Shown here in pieces: positions 30,035-40,298 of a stretch of DNA of 64,000 nt. The notes under the pieces were generated by a model. That model was not told the origin of the DNA, searched no databases, and saw nothing but the letters and a program-made list of their open reading frames with translations. The position numbers and the translations under genes are program-made. This DNA is from a virus (lineage: Duplodnaviria > Caudoviricetes), in IMG/VR virus record IMGVR_UViG_3300028128_000337, positions 1 to 64,000 of that record; one strand, written 5' to 3'. How positions within the stretch are numbered: the first letter of the stretch is position 1; each line of letters opens with the position of its first letter.

Positions 30035-30407
30035 CAAAAAGTTTCACAACTTCCGGTTCGATTGAAGCCGGTTTGGCAGCAGGTGGTGGTGCAGCAGATG
30101 CAACCGGTTTGCTGAAAATGTTATGATATTGATTCATGATCGCATCATCAAGCTCAAGATTTGAACTTGTCACACATGTTTTAGCATCGAATTCCCAGAC
30201 AACACCTTCCTCACGCACATCAGGCTTGATGAACTCACGGAAAATGAACGGTAACAACTGTACCGACATCTGACCATTCTCTTGATTGATTTGCACATTC
30301 ACAACTGCTGGTTCTTTGATCTTCATCACTCCAGATTTGGTGCCTTTGTCCTCTCCTACAATTACTCGACCCACTTGGTCAACAAACGCTGTTATTTTTT
30401 TACTCAT
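30021..30407 (-). CDS. Hypothetical protein (possible Sm-like fold)
   Basis: Own sigma70 promoter; GRVIVGE..IKEPAVV..LLPF..IMNQY..IF. Confidence 0.55.
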   Translation of the reverse strand: MSKKITAFVDQVGRVIVGEDKGTKSGVMKIKEPAVVNVQINQENGQMSVQLLPFIFREFIKPDVREEGVVWEFDAKTCVTSSNLELDDAIMNQYHNIFSKPVASAAPPPAAKPASIEPEVVKLFDDED

Positions 30408-30413
30408 AACATT

Positions 30414-30442
30414 ATTATAATGTATTCAACCATCATTTTCAA
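30414..30442 (-). promoter_or_regulatory. Sigma70-type promoter
   Basis: TTGAAA-17 nt-TATAAT-6 nt-ATG. Confidence 0.8.
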
Positions 30443-30662
30443 CTTCTTTTTGTTTTTTCGCGAAATATTTTCTGACAAGAAACTTTCTAAGTATGGCCAC
30501 AATTGTGAAAATGAACCAGGACACAAACGCGGTCCAGAACACAGTGAACTCCAGAGCAAAAGTCACAGTCAATATCATCATGTTCAACGGAAAATTTACA
30601 GCCGTCCCTATGGCGGTATCACTTAACGACTCCTTCCATGCAGCCTTGTCTGATCTCTTCAT
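30426..30662 (-). CDS. Small two-TM phage membrane protein
   Basis: ESLSDTAIGTAVNF...IFTIVAILRKFLVRKYF; ATG overlaps the polymerase stop. Confidence 0.65.
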   Translation of the reverse strand: MKRSDKAAWKESLSDTAIGTAVNFPLNMMILTVTFALEFTVFWTAFVSWFIFTIVAILRKFLVRKYFAKKQKEVENDG

Positions 30663-33223
30663 ACACCTAACAAATCGAACAAATCCGTCTGCACTTGTGC
30701 ACTCGGTTTGCTCAATCTCCAACCAACAGCCTCGTAAAACCTCTCTATAATACTGTATATTATTTTTTCAAACATTTTCTCTCTGTCTGGCTCGAACACA
30801 CCCTTAAACTCTTCCGGGTAGTAGTATTTGTAAGCGATTGCATTTATACCATACTTATTAGGTTGATTCACGTAAAAATATCGGACTTTGTCACCAGATT
30901 CAATCGATTCATACTCTCCAGCTAGGTCCATTTTTTCTAGCAATACATTATAGTGATATGCAGCCTTAACATGTGCGGGCATGCCTTTGACTGTGGTGAA
31001 ACTGTTACACTTATCAGCATATTTCTCATAGTCTGATATACCCATACAAAATGAGTAGTCCTCCACTGGTAAATCTTTGAATGTGTCGTATGCCTTTAGA
31101 AACACTTCGTTTGTAGTGCTTCTAGATTCAGTATCCATCATAGTTTCAATGATCTTCTTAATATATGGTTTTATCTGCTTCGGGATGGTGCTTCTCACCA
31201 CCTCAACACCGGTGTATTTGAATTTATTAGTCGGTATACCCTCATCATCAAGCACTCTCATTACATACCGTTTTTTTTGTAGAAACACTCCTACATCTGT
31301 CATACATTCACGTTTGAACACAAATCTACTATCTTTGCTGTTTAATACTGATTGACTCCATTTAGTTATCTCCTTATTCAAGTGATCCTCAACTAATTCT
31401 GCCTGTTCATACGAATGTTCTGTTATTTTACCGTCAATATGAAATGGTTTATCAACCTTTCTCATGAGTCTGTTGATTGATATATAGCTACTATCAGTGT
31501 CATTGTATATAACCGGGTCTGGACCTGACTCTCCATGGTTATCAATATAGTCTCTGAGTATCTGATTGGATTTCTTGATGACGGCTTGTCCGGTTAGGGT
31601 TATACTACGCGCTATATCCGGATCTCCTATTGGTGCGTGTTTATTACCAAAATATCCATACACTGTGTTGATTAAAATTTTCAATGTAAACTGCTTTATA
31701 TCGAGTTGATCAGCATGTCTTTGTATTTTTTTAAACTCCGGTGCGGTTTTTTTCAGCTTTGATAATTGTATCTTGAGCGCTCTCAACTGCTTCTTAACCT
31801 TCACACGTTGCTGATATATACCATCAACAATTTCCGGCATGATGCCTTTTTTATTCTGTGAGAATAAAATTTTCGCCCTACTGACCGCAATGTTTTCACG
31901 TTTTATAAAATCTATAAATTTATCATGTGTCAGTTTGAATTGCTTCCCGGTCACATGGGATATATACACATGCTCTTCGTCTTTTTGAGTTATTTTACCG
32001 ACTTTTGTTTCTGGACTCAGGTTGAGACTTATCATTGTGTTAGGATACAGACTGTTCGCATCAAAACTAATTACATCATGCTGAAAACCTCTCTGTGGTT
32101 CCCCAACGTACGCGCCTTCATATTTTCCTGCGGTGGAGTTATCCTTTATGAATGTGGGTACAACTTGTTTCTTCGCGCGAGCCTTTATAACAGTGGCTCC
32201 GGTGATCACACTTAAAGTTCCCATCGCGGATTCAATTGTCGTCAAACCGGTATATGCCAACATACGGAGCAGTTCCAGGTATCTCAATTTATCTTCCATG
32301 GCCACCAATAGATTTACATCCTGTACATTATATTCGACAAATGTTTGCCAATCATCATCAGCCAGGGCAGAGAGATTAGTATTACCATAATCGACTTTAC
32401 GCTCACCTAACTCGAGCTCGGCTATTGAATCTAATTTGTAACTCTCTCTCAGACCTATACTAAATTTTTTATACACATCAAGGTAGTCAATACATGACAC
32501 ACCGCTAATATACCATCTTTGCTGTTCTCTACCAAACGCCCCGGTCATCATACGACTGTATATATTACGAACCGGTGATAATAAACGAGCCTGATCCTCA
32601 TCTAGTATGTTTATTGTTCTATTCACGATATATGGTATATCAAACCCCTCACTATTCCAACCACTCAATATGTCAGGGCTTGCATTGTGTATGTAATTTA
32701 AGAAGCATGTTAGCAATATACTTTCAGTCTCACAATACACATAATCACAGTTAGGTATAGGTTTCTCTAAACGCTTTGTTCCCCATGTGTAAAATTTTTC
32801 TGTTATAGTGTCATATACTGTTATTACATTTATGGGTTGACTCGCTTGTTCCGGGGTTGGGAAATGATCCGGGCAATATACCTCTATATCCACGTACATT
32901 ATTCGTAGTGGGTGTCTAGAAAACTCCAGATCCTCATTTTTATCATGATACAGGTCAATTAAGAACTGTTGTTCCGGGCGGAGATTTTCAAATACCCTTT
33001 TAGTACCACACTCCTTAATGAATTGATTCCGCATTCGATTGTCTTTGAACAATCTCTTCCGGAGTGGTGTGTCAAATATACTAGATGCATCACTTGTTAG
33101 TGTTGTTTCGATATATAGATACGGGTTGAAGCTCATATCTACCATCACTCTCTCCCCATCATCATTCCACGTGAAAAGTGTTACTGTCTCGTCTCTAGGA
33201 TTGTAACAAACATTTCTGTACAT
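30659..33223 (-). CDS. Family B DNA polymerase (gp43-like)
   Basis: Exo DIEV, GWNSEGFDIPY, YNVQDV; pol SFDANSLYP, KILINTVYG, YNDTDS, KKRY. Confidence 0.98.
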   Translation of the reverse strand: MYRNVCYNPRDETVTLFTWNDDGERVMVDMSFNPYLYIETTLTSDASSIFDTPLRKRLFKDNRMRNQFIKECGTKRVFENLRPEQQFLIDLYHDKNEDLEFSRHPLRIMYVDIEVYCPDHFPTPEQASQPINVITVYDTITEKFYTWGTKRLEKPIPNCDYVYCETESILLTCFLNYIHNASPDILSGWNSEGFDIPYIVNRTINILDEDQARLLSPVRNIYSRMMTGAFGREQQRWYISGVSCIDYLDVYKKFSIGLRESYKLDSIAELELGERKVDYGNTNLSALADDDWQTFVEYNVQDVNLLVAMEDKLRYLELLRMLAYTGLTTIESAMGTLSVITGATVIKARAKKQVVPTFIKDNSTAGKYEGAYVGEPQRGFQHDVISFDANSLYPNTMISLNLSPETKVGKITQKDEEHVYISHVTGKQFKLTHDKFIDFIKRENIAVSRAKILFSQNKKGIMPEIVDGIYQQRVKVKKQLRALKIQLSKLKKTAPEFKKIQRHADQLDIKQFTLKILINTVYGYFGNKHAPIGDPDIARSITLTGQAVIKKSNQILRDYIDNHGESGPDPVIYNDTDSSYISINRLMRKVDKPFHIDGKITEHSYEQAELVEDHLNKEITKWSQSVLNSKDSRFVFKRECMTDVGVFLQKKRYVMRVLDDEGIPTNKFKYTGVEVVRSTIPKQIKPYIKKIIETMMDTESRSTTNEVFLKAYDTFKDLPVEDYSFCMGISDYEKYADKCNSFTTVKGMPAHVKAAYHYNVLLEKMDLAGEYESIESGDKVRYFYVNQPNKYGINAIAYKYYYPEEFKGVFEPDREKMFEKIIYSIIERFYEAVGWRLSKPSAQVQTDLFDLLGV

Positions 33224-33230
33224 ATTATAT

Positions 33231-33259
33231 ATTATAGTGTATAGTTACCTAATGTACAA
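33231..33259 (-). promoter_or_regulatory. Sigma70-type promoter for DNA polymerase
   Basis: TTGTAC-17 nt-TATAAT-7 nt-ATG. Confidence 0.75.
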
Positions 33260-33273
33260 CTAAATAATAATAC

Positions 33274-33636
33274 ATGAGAGATATTGATTCAGTTTCTAAA
33301 GTAATCATAAGGAATGGTGATAGGATATTAATGCTTTCCAAAAGTGATAGTAAAGAGTGGGAACTACCGGGTGGTCACTTGAATTACGGTGAAAAGTTTA
33401 AAAAGGCTGCAAAGCGTGAAGTTTTTGAAGAAACCGGAATCAAGCTGCCTAAGATGAAAATATTATTGAAGCAACCTAAATTCGTCATGTTCGTAGTTAA
33501 CATGAGACCAAAAACCATCCGACTTTCTGACGAGCATACAGATTATACATGGGTCAACAGTTCAGAGTTGCTTCGGTTGAAGGTGACTAATGCTACTAGG
33601 TTGAATATTAGGACCATTTTAAATACCATTAATTGA
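33274..33636 (+). CDS. NUDIX hydrolase
   Basis: WELPGGHLNYGEKFKKAAKREVFEETGI Nudix box; late TAAATA upstream. Confidence 0.93.
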   Translation: MRDIDSVSKVIIRNGDRILMLSKSDSKEWELPGGHLNYGEKFKKAAKREVFEETGIKLPKMKILLKQPKFVMFVVNMRPKTIRLSDEHTDYTWVNSSELLRLKVTNATRLNIRTILNTIN

Positions 33637-34860
33637 ATTCAATCTAGATCGATCCGGGTGTGAATATGGTAGGGTGTATAATTCCGTGTACTTTCCTAAG
33701 TTTTCCGGGTGTTCCAACCATCTTGTCTCAGCAACCATGCGACCTTTCCGGACTGCCTTCATGTATGTATCCTTATCCTTCATCACACTATCAATCTGAT
33801 CAACCATCTCGGCACCGGTGGTGAATTTGAATGGTGCTTGTTGGTATGTGCACATATCCTGACATATAGCGGGTGCTCCAAATGCACATCCCTCAACATA
33901 CTTCAAATCACTCTTCGCACGATTGAATATATTATCAACAAGCGGTGCCACCATCACATTAGGTTTTATTTTTTTGACTAATCGCGGGTAATCATACAAA
34001 TTTACCCATGGGTAGAACTCAATCTTCTTGTTTCTCACCAACTCTCGCAATCCCATCGGGAATGCTCCTATAAATACCCATTGATATTTGTTAGCAGTCC
34101 TTTTTACTGTATCAACTATATGACCAAAATCGTCTTTCTGATTGACTTTGTTATCAACATCAAAATGTGCACCACTACCAGCGTACAGTACTCTAGGTTT
34201 TTTCTTACGCTTAGAGTAATTTCTCTCGATTAAATTTTCATCATACTGATCCAACCAAAATCGAGGTGGGTAGTTAGGTATTTTTGTTACATTTTTATTT
34301 CCAGTCTTCTCAATGTAATATTCTTTCATGTAATCACAAGTGACTGTTATCTCATCCACCATACCCATCATCTCCATCGTAGCATTCCGTATATCCTCAT
34401 CAACAAATGCTCCTCGAAATTTGTTGTACTCCGGGATATCTTCATAGAACACTATGTCATCGATCTCATACACTAGGTTGAAGTTGAGCTTGTTGCTCAA
34501 TTTTTTTAAATATCTAACAAAGTTGAGCTGCGCTGGTGTTGCTTGCCGTTGTATTCTCACACACTTTACGTTTGTGTAGAATTTTTCATCTGACACCATT
34601 ACTGTACTGCCGTGCACAATCGCCTTTTGATATGCATTTAATACATGCTCCGGCCACAACATTCTCCAAAAACCACACCCACTAAAATCTGCATAATAAT
34701 TTATACCTCTAGGCATATTAGCTTCTCTGGGACGAGATTCAGGTGTTATGTTATTTGGTCTCGGTTTTGGTATATTCAGTGGTGTTATCCCGGGGGTGTT
34801 TATGTTGGGTGTTGTACCTATAACTGAGCCAACAACTGTACCTGGTGCTTTTTTAAACAT
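33619..34860 (-). CDS. GT-B fold glycosyltransferase
   Basis: SGCGFWRM.WP, YEIDD, VLYAGS..H, APLVDNIFNRAKSDLKYVE; TAAATA 5 nt before ATG 34860. Confidence 0.85.
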   Translation of the reverse strand: MFKKAPGTVVGSVIGTTPNINTPGITPLNIPKPRPNNITPESRPREANMPRGINYYADFSGCGFWRMLWPEHVLNAYQKAIVHGSTVMVSDEKFYTNVKCVRIQRQATPAQLNFVRYLKKLSNKLNFNLVYEIDDIVFYEDIPEYNKFRGAFVDEDIRNATMEMMGMVDEITVTCDYMKEYYIEKTGNKNVTKIPNYPPRFWLDQYDENLIERNYSKRKKKPRVLYAGSGAHFDVDNKVNQKDDFGHIVDTVKRTANKYQWVFIGAFPMGLRELVRNKKIEFYPWVNLYDYPRLVKKIKPNVMVAPLVDNIFNRAKSDLKYVEGCAFGAPAICQDMCTYQQAPFKFTTGAEMVDQIDSVMKDKDTYMKAVRKGRMVAETRWLEHPENLGKYTELYTLPYSHPDRSRLNSINGI

Positions 34861-34864
34861 AATA

Positions 34865-36679
34865 TTATTTAAGTTCGGATTGAGGGGTTTCAACTCGAGT
34901 GGTTACCCCGTTTTGTTTTTCTAGAAAAATGATCTCTCCCGTCGCCATCTTAGTACTCTCTTTACGGTGACTGATAACCATTACACATTCATTAAAATTA
35001 TCAATTCGCTCTTTTAATATCTCTATCACTAGCTCCACCCCACGCTCATCTAAACTACTGTCAAACAATTCATCATACATACTAAAATTGAACGCCACAT
35101 CACCTTGCAGTCTACGAATATCCATAAATGCAAACAGGCATGCGAGGTCAATATTTTTCCGCTCAGCTCCACTGAAATTAAAATATGAACATGGTTTACC
35201 TTTCTCGTCTATTATCTCTTCCTCGAAGTATTCATTAAACACACATATACAGTTACTATCCATCTTCTTCAAATAGTATGCAAGTTTTGAGTTTAATAGT
35301 TGTAGTATCTTTTTTACAATATATGATTTAACACCCTCCTCAGACACTACAAACTTTATCACATCAAGCCGGGAGATTGATTTCTTGATCACATCTATTG
35401 CTTGTTGCTTTGACTCGAGTCTCACCGTCACCTCTTCAATCTGCTTGTCAATAGTATTGTCCCAGTTTTTTAAACTCTTAACATCATCAGCAATATCAGT
35501 AAATTGTGTTTTCAGCTGCTTGATTTGATTGTCAATATTTATTATATTTTGTCTCTGTAGATTGGCTTTATTCAGCTTATTATTCAATTTATTCTTTTCA
35601 TCTACTAATTGTTGCTGTATAGATCTAGCTTTTGTTAACCGAGTCTTGATCGCATCTCTTTCATCGGTCAACTGTTTAACTACCTGTTGCGTGTTGCCCC
35701 TCTCCTGATCGATATACACTCGATGTGTATCATCCATTTCATGCAAACATACCGGGCATTGATGGTGGTCGGAGCTCATTTTAGATAGTTTTTGTTGGTT
35801 TACCTCGATTAATGTTTTGGTTTTAGTGTGACTCTTCATAAAATCACTAACTTTGACTTCTGCTTTGTTTGTTGCATCATTTATATTCGATATCTGACTA
35901 GAGATATCGTCAATATTAACTGGCTTAATCGTGTCCCTTTCCTTCATGAGTTTATCCATCTCTCTCTGACAACTCTCCTTCCGGGAATTGAGTTTATTTT
36001 TAGCTCTTAATTGTTCATTTTCAGCGTTTTGTTTCTGTACATTTAATGTGTTGATGCTGTTTGACACCTCTTCATACTTAACACACTCTATATCTAGTTC
36101 CCTGACAACACTATTATATTCACTCCGGACATCAGTCAACATGTCACTGAACACTTGTAAATTTAAAATACCTTCGATAAACTTACGCTTTTCCAGTTTT
36201 TTCTTGGCCATGAATGGTGTTGCGTTGTTTATGGTCAATATTACGCAGTTCTGAAACACGTCTGATGTCGTGTTCAGCAGCTTGCATATATATTCTGTTG
36301 TGTTGACTATAGAATCTCTTGTTATATCCACACCATCTCTGTATAATATACATTTAGATGGTGATATTTTTCTAATCACTCTGTATATGTTACTATCACC
36401 ATCAACATTAACATCGAAGTCTAGTTCAACAACACAATCCCGTTGTGTTATGTTGTTTATTATGTGATCTTTTTTGAGTTCTCTTAATGTCGTACCATAC
36501 AATGCAAAATATATACTATCTGCGATCGTACTCTTACCTACACCATTTCTACGATCAACCTTATCTCTATTACTACCTGTGATTATGTTCAATCCTTCAT
36601 TGAACTCAACATGCACTGGTTCATCACCGACACTCAGGAAGTTTTTAATTTTAATTCTTTTAAAATTTATATATTTCAT
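34865..36679 (-). CDS. Recombination endonuclease ATPase subunit (gp46/SbcC-like)
   Basis: KNFLSVG, NGVGKST, CPVC hook, FSGAE, DELFDSSLD, VISH. Confidence 0.96.
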   Translation of the reverse strand: MKYINFKRIKIKNFLSVGDEPVHVEFNEGLNIITGSNRDKVDRRNGVGKSTIADSIYFALYGTTLRELKKDHIINNITQRDCVVELDFDVNVDGDSNIYRVIRKISPSKCILYRDGVDITRDSIVNTTEYICKLLNTTSDVFQNCVILTINNATPFMAKKKLEKRKFIEGILNLQVFSDMLTDVRSEYNSVVRELDIECVKYEEVSNSINTLNVQKQNAENEQLRAKNKLNSRKESCQREMDKLMKERDTIKPVNIDDISSQISNINDATNKAEVKVSDFMKSHTKTKTLIEVNQQKLSKMSSDHHQCPVCLHEMDDTHRVYIDQERGNTQQVVKQLTDERDAIKTRLTKARSIQQQLVDEKNKLNNKLNKANLQRQNIINIDNQIKQLKTQFTDIADDVKSLKNWDNTIDKQIEEVTVRLESKQQAIDVIKKSISRLDVIKFVVSEEGVKSYIVKKILQLLNSKLAYYLKKMDSNCICVFNEYFEEEIIDEKGKPCSYFNFSGAERKNIDLACLFAFMDIRRLQGDVAFNFSMYDELFDSSLDERGVELVIEILKERIDNFNECVMVISHRKESTKMATGEIIFLEKQNGVTTRVETPQSELK

Positions 36680-37731
36680 TTGTATTTCCTATACAAGTCA
36701 ACAGTGTAGTCTATTATTTGTTGTTTATCGTCAACATCTTCTAGCATGTTTATAAATTCCTCAATGGCTATAGTAACATCCACTCCGGACAGGTCATGAT
36801 CATTCTCATCTTCAAGTCCGAATTTGTTAAATGTTATGTCGTAGTCCGCTGTTATGCTTTTCGCGTTCAATTCAATATATTTTTTTAACAGTAGATCCAT
36901 GTCATCAGGTGCCACCTGCCGGTCTATTATGAGCTTGACAATATTATTTGCAAACATCTCCCGGACTTCATCCGTTAGTGAGCCATGTGCTACTAGTTCT
37001 GATAATTTTATTTTTTGATGTGTTGGTGAGATATCATTTACGTAAAAATCATAATCTCCGGTCACAATGTCAAGTAAGTAATATCCTTTGATTCCATTAA
37101 CATCACCAAAATCCATTTGATATGGATTTCCTAGATATAATATTTTACCATTTTTATATACACGCTCCTCTCGTAAGTGAAAATGTCCGGTTATTACTAA
37201 TGGTGTTTTGGAGAGTATAGACTCACTCTTGATACCATCCTCACACACCTTGTGTTGATTGAACCGGAAAGATTGTATTTCGAAGTGGCCAAACACGATG
37301 TCACTCTCCATTATTTGTTCTGGTTCTGTACCCCATGGACAGAACATCAGTTTGCGATTGAAACACTCATATTGTGTTGGTTGTGATACAACCGTTATGT
37401 TATCCCACCCACTCAATATGGACAATGAATTGATATCTGATTTGTCCTTGTAATATGCATCGTGGTTACCGACTAGTATTACAATATTAAACCTTTTCCA
37501 CATGTTCAATATCTGTGTTGTAACATGTATGGTGTTTACAGCGATCTCATCTCGGTAATGAAATAAGTCCCCGGGTATTAGTATGTCTGTCACACCGTGC
37601 TTGTCTAACTCCCTAGACAACCAACCGGCCCATTCTACAGTAATGTCATGCCACATCTGCGAGTTTTGATGTACCCCGATATGTATATCCGAAACGCAAC
37701 AGACTTTTCTGTCGTTTAATTTAAGTTTCAT
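36676..37731 (-). CDS. Recombination endonuclease nuclease subunit (gp47/Mre11-like)
   Basis: SDIHIG, GDLFH, GNHD, GHFE, GHFH, YLGNPY. Confidence 0.95.
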   Translation of the reverse strand: MKLKLNDRKVCCVSDIHIGVHQNSQMWHDITVEWAGWLSRELDKHGVTDILIPGDLFHYRDEIAVNTIHVTTQILNMWKRFNIVILVGNHDAYYKDKSDINSLSILSGWDNITVVSQPTQYECFNRKLMFCPWGTEPEQIMESDIVFGHFEIQSFRFNQHKVCEDGIKSESILSKTPLVITGHFHLREERVYKNGKILYLGNPYQMDFGDVNGIKGYYLLDIVTGDYDFYVNDISPTHQKIKLSELVAHGSLTDEVREMFANNIVKLIIDRQVAPDDMDLLLKKYIELNAKSITADYDITFNKFGLEDENDHDLSGVDVTIAIEEFINMLEDVDDKQQIIDYTVDLYRKYK

Positions 37732-38155
37732 CAGAACCAGCACTTGTAGTCTTACCACCCATTGTAAATTCTTGTGCTAAATCTTCGTATACCATCTCTT
37801 GATAGTCAGACACAACCTGTCTTTGCTTTTTCTCCTTTTTTATTCTGTTGATGAAAGCGTGGAAGGCGATTGTGGTGAAGTATGAAAATGGATTGTTACC
37901 TGTAGACAGATCGAACTTTTTACTCTGTAACGCAGAAAACATTTTAACTATCGCGTCTCCAACCATGTCATCTTTGTATGAGTAGTTTATAAAATTTGGC
38001 GCGTAGCTCAAACCGGTTGCGATTTTAAATATCTTCATACCTAGTTCTTCACCAATGTCATCTGTACCACTTTCATAGTATGTTTTGATATCCTGTGTGA
38101 ATTCCTTTGGACTCACATAGTATGGTTTATCTTTCTTTGATTTTCTTGATGCCAT
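37721..38155 (-). CDS. Late transcription sigma factor (gp55-like)
   Basis: YVSPKEF..IATGLSYAPNFINYSYKDDMVGDA..NPFSYFTTIAFHAFINRIKKEKKQ. Confidence 0.95.
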   Translation of the reverse strand: MASRKSKKDKPYYVSPKEFTQDIKTYYESGTDDIGEELGMKIFKIATGLSYAPNFINYSYKDDMVGDAIVKMFSALQSKKFDLSTGNNPFSYFTTIAFHAFINRIKKEKKQRQVVSDYQEMVYEDLAQEFTMGGKTTSAGSDET

Positions 38156-39584
38156 ATTCTATTTTCTCCCCCTTGTATAGAGTTAATCTCTTCATATAAT
38201 GTTGATTGCTATAATGTAACATGTCCGCTATGTCTATAATTATAACACCTTTTTTGTCAGTATGCAAGCGTAGACCTCTACCAATACTCTGTATTATCTT
38301 AACCTTAGCCTTACCACCACCCGCAAATACTATATAATGTAAATTTTTGATGTTGATCCCGGTGGAAAATATTTTAGATATCGCCACACATATCACATCA
38401 CTGGTGGTCTCCATCAATTGCCGGATCTTGTCACGCTCATCAACTGCCACCTCTCCTCTTATAAAAAACACACGCTTGTTCTTACATTGTGATTTTAAAA
38501 TACCGAACAATTCTTCTCCATGCGCTATATAATCCACCATTATCAATCCGTTGTTGTTAAAATTATTACACAGTTTGTTTATTATGCTATTTCGAAATTT
38601 GTTTTTGAGTAAAAATTCACCCTCTCTCCGGAATTTCGCAGAGGGGTCATATCTATCTGCTGGGAAGATTGGTGGTTTGTCGTTATATTCGATCCGAATG
38701 ACTTGTACTCGCGCTCTAGCAACATAATCATCCTGTCTCAACTGATAACTGCTCCTCTCATATAACACTGGTCCTATCTTACCAAGGATATTCCACTGAT
38801 CAATCTTTTTTTCCGGCATGGTTCCTGTGAACCCGAACTTGTGTGGTGTTGATATCTTCTTTATCAACTTGTTTATCTTGTTATCTTTCCGGAGCTTGTG
38901 TACTTCATCCACAATTAACATGTCAACATCTTGTATCCATGATGTATCTGATTTGTCACTCTGTAATATGCCCATGTTAGCGATTATTATGTTGCTACCC
39001 ATATCAAGCTTGTTGTTACCCGTCCATTTAGAGTGTGTAAATGTGGTTCTATATTCTAAAAAATCACTATATGTTTGATTCACTAGTCCGAGATCCGGAA
39101 CTAACAACAAGCACTTCAATTGTTTGTTTTTCTTGTATATGTTTTCTATAAGATTTGCTATAGTTAATGTTTTACCCCCTGCGGTGGCTAGAATTGTGAC
39201 TCCACGACCACGCTTCAGACACACATCCACTATATTTTGTTGGTAGTCTCTCAACTCCAGTGCTAATTTGGCTCGATCCTCTCTGTAAACATCATTATAA
39301 CCCGGGTGAACAACTTGTCTCAAAGAATCTTGTATGTGTATCTTCGTGTCCGTCGTGTTGTTCTTGACAAATTTGTTAATCTCGTGAAACAGTCCGGGTT
39401 CGAACCGACCTTGCGGGGTGATCACATACCGTCGACTAGCAGCAAAGCGGTTTCGGAACCTAGCATATTTGGCAGCTTCATTTTGTACTGAGAAATGTTC
39501 GCGGATCTCATCAAAGTGATCCCCTGTGACTTGTGCCATATTCTTTTTAGCATCATAGTCAAATATTACGGTATATTTTGACAT
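38127..39584 (-). CDS. uvsW: SF2 DNA helicase
   Basis: LRDYQ, ATAGGKT, DEVH, GFTGT, FSTGINIKNLH, QSIGRGLR. Confidence 0.96.
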   Translation of the reverse strand: MSKYTVIFDYDAKKNMAQVTGDHFDEIREHFSVQNEAAKYARFRNRFAASRRYVITPQGRFEPGLFHEINKFVKNNTTDTKIHIQDSLRQVVHPGYNDVYREDRAKLALELRDYQQNIVDVCLKRGRGVTILATAGGKTLTIANLIENIYKKNKQLKCLLLVPDLGLVNQTYSDFLEYRTTFTHSKWTGNNKLDMGSNIIIANMGILQSDKSDTSWIQDVDMLIVDEVHKLRKDNKINKLIKKISTPHKFGFTGTMPEKKIDQWNILGKIGPVLYERSSYQLRQDDYVARARVQVIRIEYNDKPPIFPADRYDPSAKFRREGEFLLKNKFRNSIINKLCNNFNNNGLIMVDYIAHGEELFGILKSQCKNKRVFFIRGEVAVDERDKIRQLMETTSDVICVAISKIFSTGINIKNLHYIVFAGGGKAKVKIIQSIGRGLRLHTDKKGVIIIDIADMLHYSNQHYMKRLTLYKGEKIEYGIKKIKER

Positions 39585-39979
39585 TATAATGTCTCTAGCT
39601 TCATTATTTCAGTTATGTTTTTTATGTCGAATGACATGCTGCTGAATATCCTCTCACTCTTCTCCAGGAACTCGACGATCAATTTTTGTTCCTTGAGCTG
39701 GTCGTCAATGCCTTTTACCCGTGAGTGTTTTTCTGCGGCTTTTTGCGCGGTTGGTAGTGTCACTTGATATGTTGCAGTATCTATAACCTCTTGAGCTAAT
39801 TCTCTTATCACATTATCACGTGATTGTGTCAATCTACCAATGTCTCCCTTATGTCTGATCAATCTACCCACCCACTTGTGCTTCAATGCCGGTAATTTCA
39901 TCTGTGCTTCCTTTAGATTGAACTCATCTAACTCAACATCAACACCCATTTCTTTAATATACTCTTCCAGTTGCTTCAT
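39584..39979 (-). CDS. uvsY: Recombination mediator
   Basis: LPALKHKW..helical..FDIKNITE pattern; adjacent to uvsW. Confidence 0.7.
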   Translation of the reverse strand: MKQLEEYIKEMGVDVELDEFNLKEAQMKLPALKHKWVGRLIRHKGDIGRLTQSRDNVIRELAQEVIDTATYQVTLPTAQKAAEKHSRVKGIDDQLKEQKLIVEFLEKSERIFSSMSFDIKNITEIMKLETL

Positions 39980-39994
39980 ATATGCTTAAGTATA

Positions 39995-40023
39995 ATTATA
40001 ACATATATTTAGCATATAATCAA
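39995..40023 (-). promoter_or_regulatory. Sigma70-type promoter for the uvsY-uvsW-55-47-46 operon
   Basis: TTGATT-17 nt-TATAAT. Confidence 0.75.
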
Positions 40024-40290
40024 ATGAAATTATTCGAACAACAATTTATCAAACATCTCATTAGTGAGGACAATGTGGCAGGTGCCGGGGGTGTATTCGG
40101 ATCCGGGGAAGATAGTGTGACGCAGTCCATGAGTCATGGGGGGGATTTCGATAATACCGATTTTTACAACCCGGATGACACTAGAATTGCTAAAGGTGGT
40201 AAGAGAGGTGGTAAAAAAAAGAAAAAACATGATGGTAGCTTACAGCCATTGATACCATTGCAGCGTAGAATAACAATAAAATCATTGTAA
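40024..40290 (+). CDS. Small protein with capsid-targeting-like leader and basic tail
   Basis: MKLFEQQFIKHLISE|D; KKKKK C-terminal segment. Confidence 0.6.
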   Translation: MKLFEQQFIKHLISEDNVAGAGGVFGSGEDSVTQSMSHGGDFDNTDFYNPDDTRIAKGGKRGGKKKKKHDGSLQPLIPLQRRITIKSL

Positions 40291-40298
40291 GTAACTGT

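Noticed and set aside
9966-39584. Inteins, introns or homing endonucleases in terminase, helicase, polymerase or UvsW
   Set aside because: Lengths and motif spacing are normal; no splice-junction or LAGLIDADG/HNH/GIY-YIG motifs noticed.
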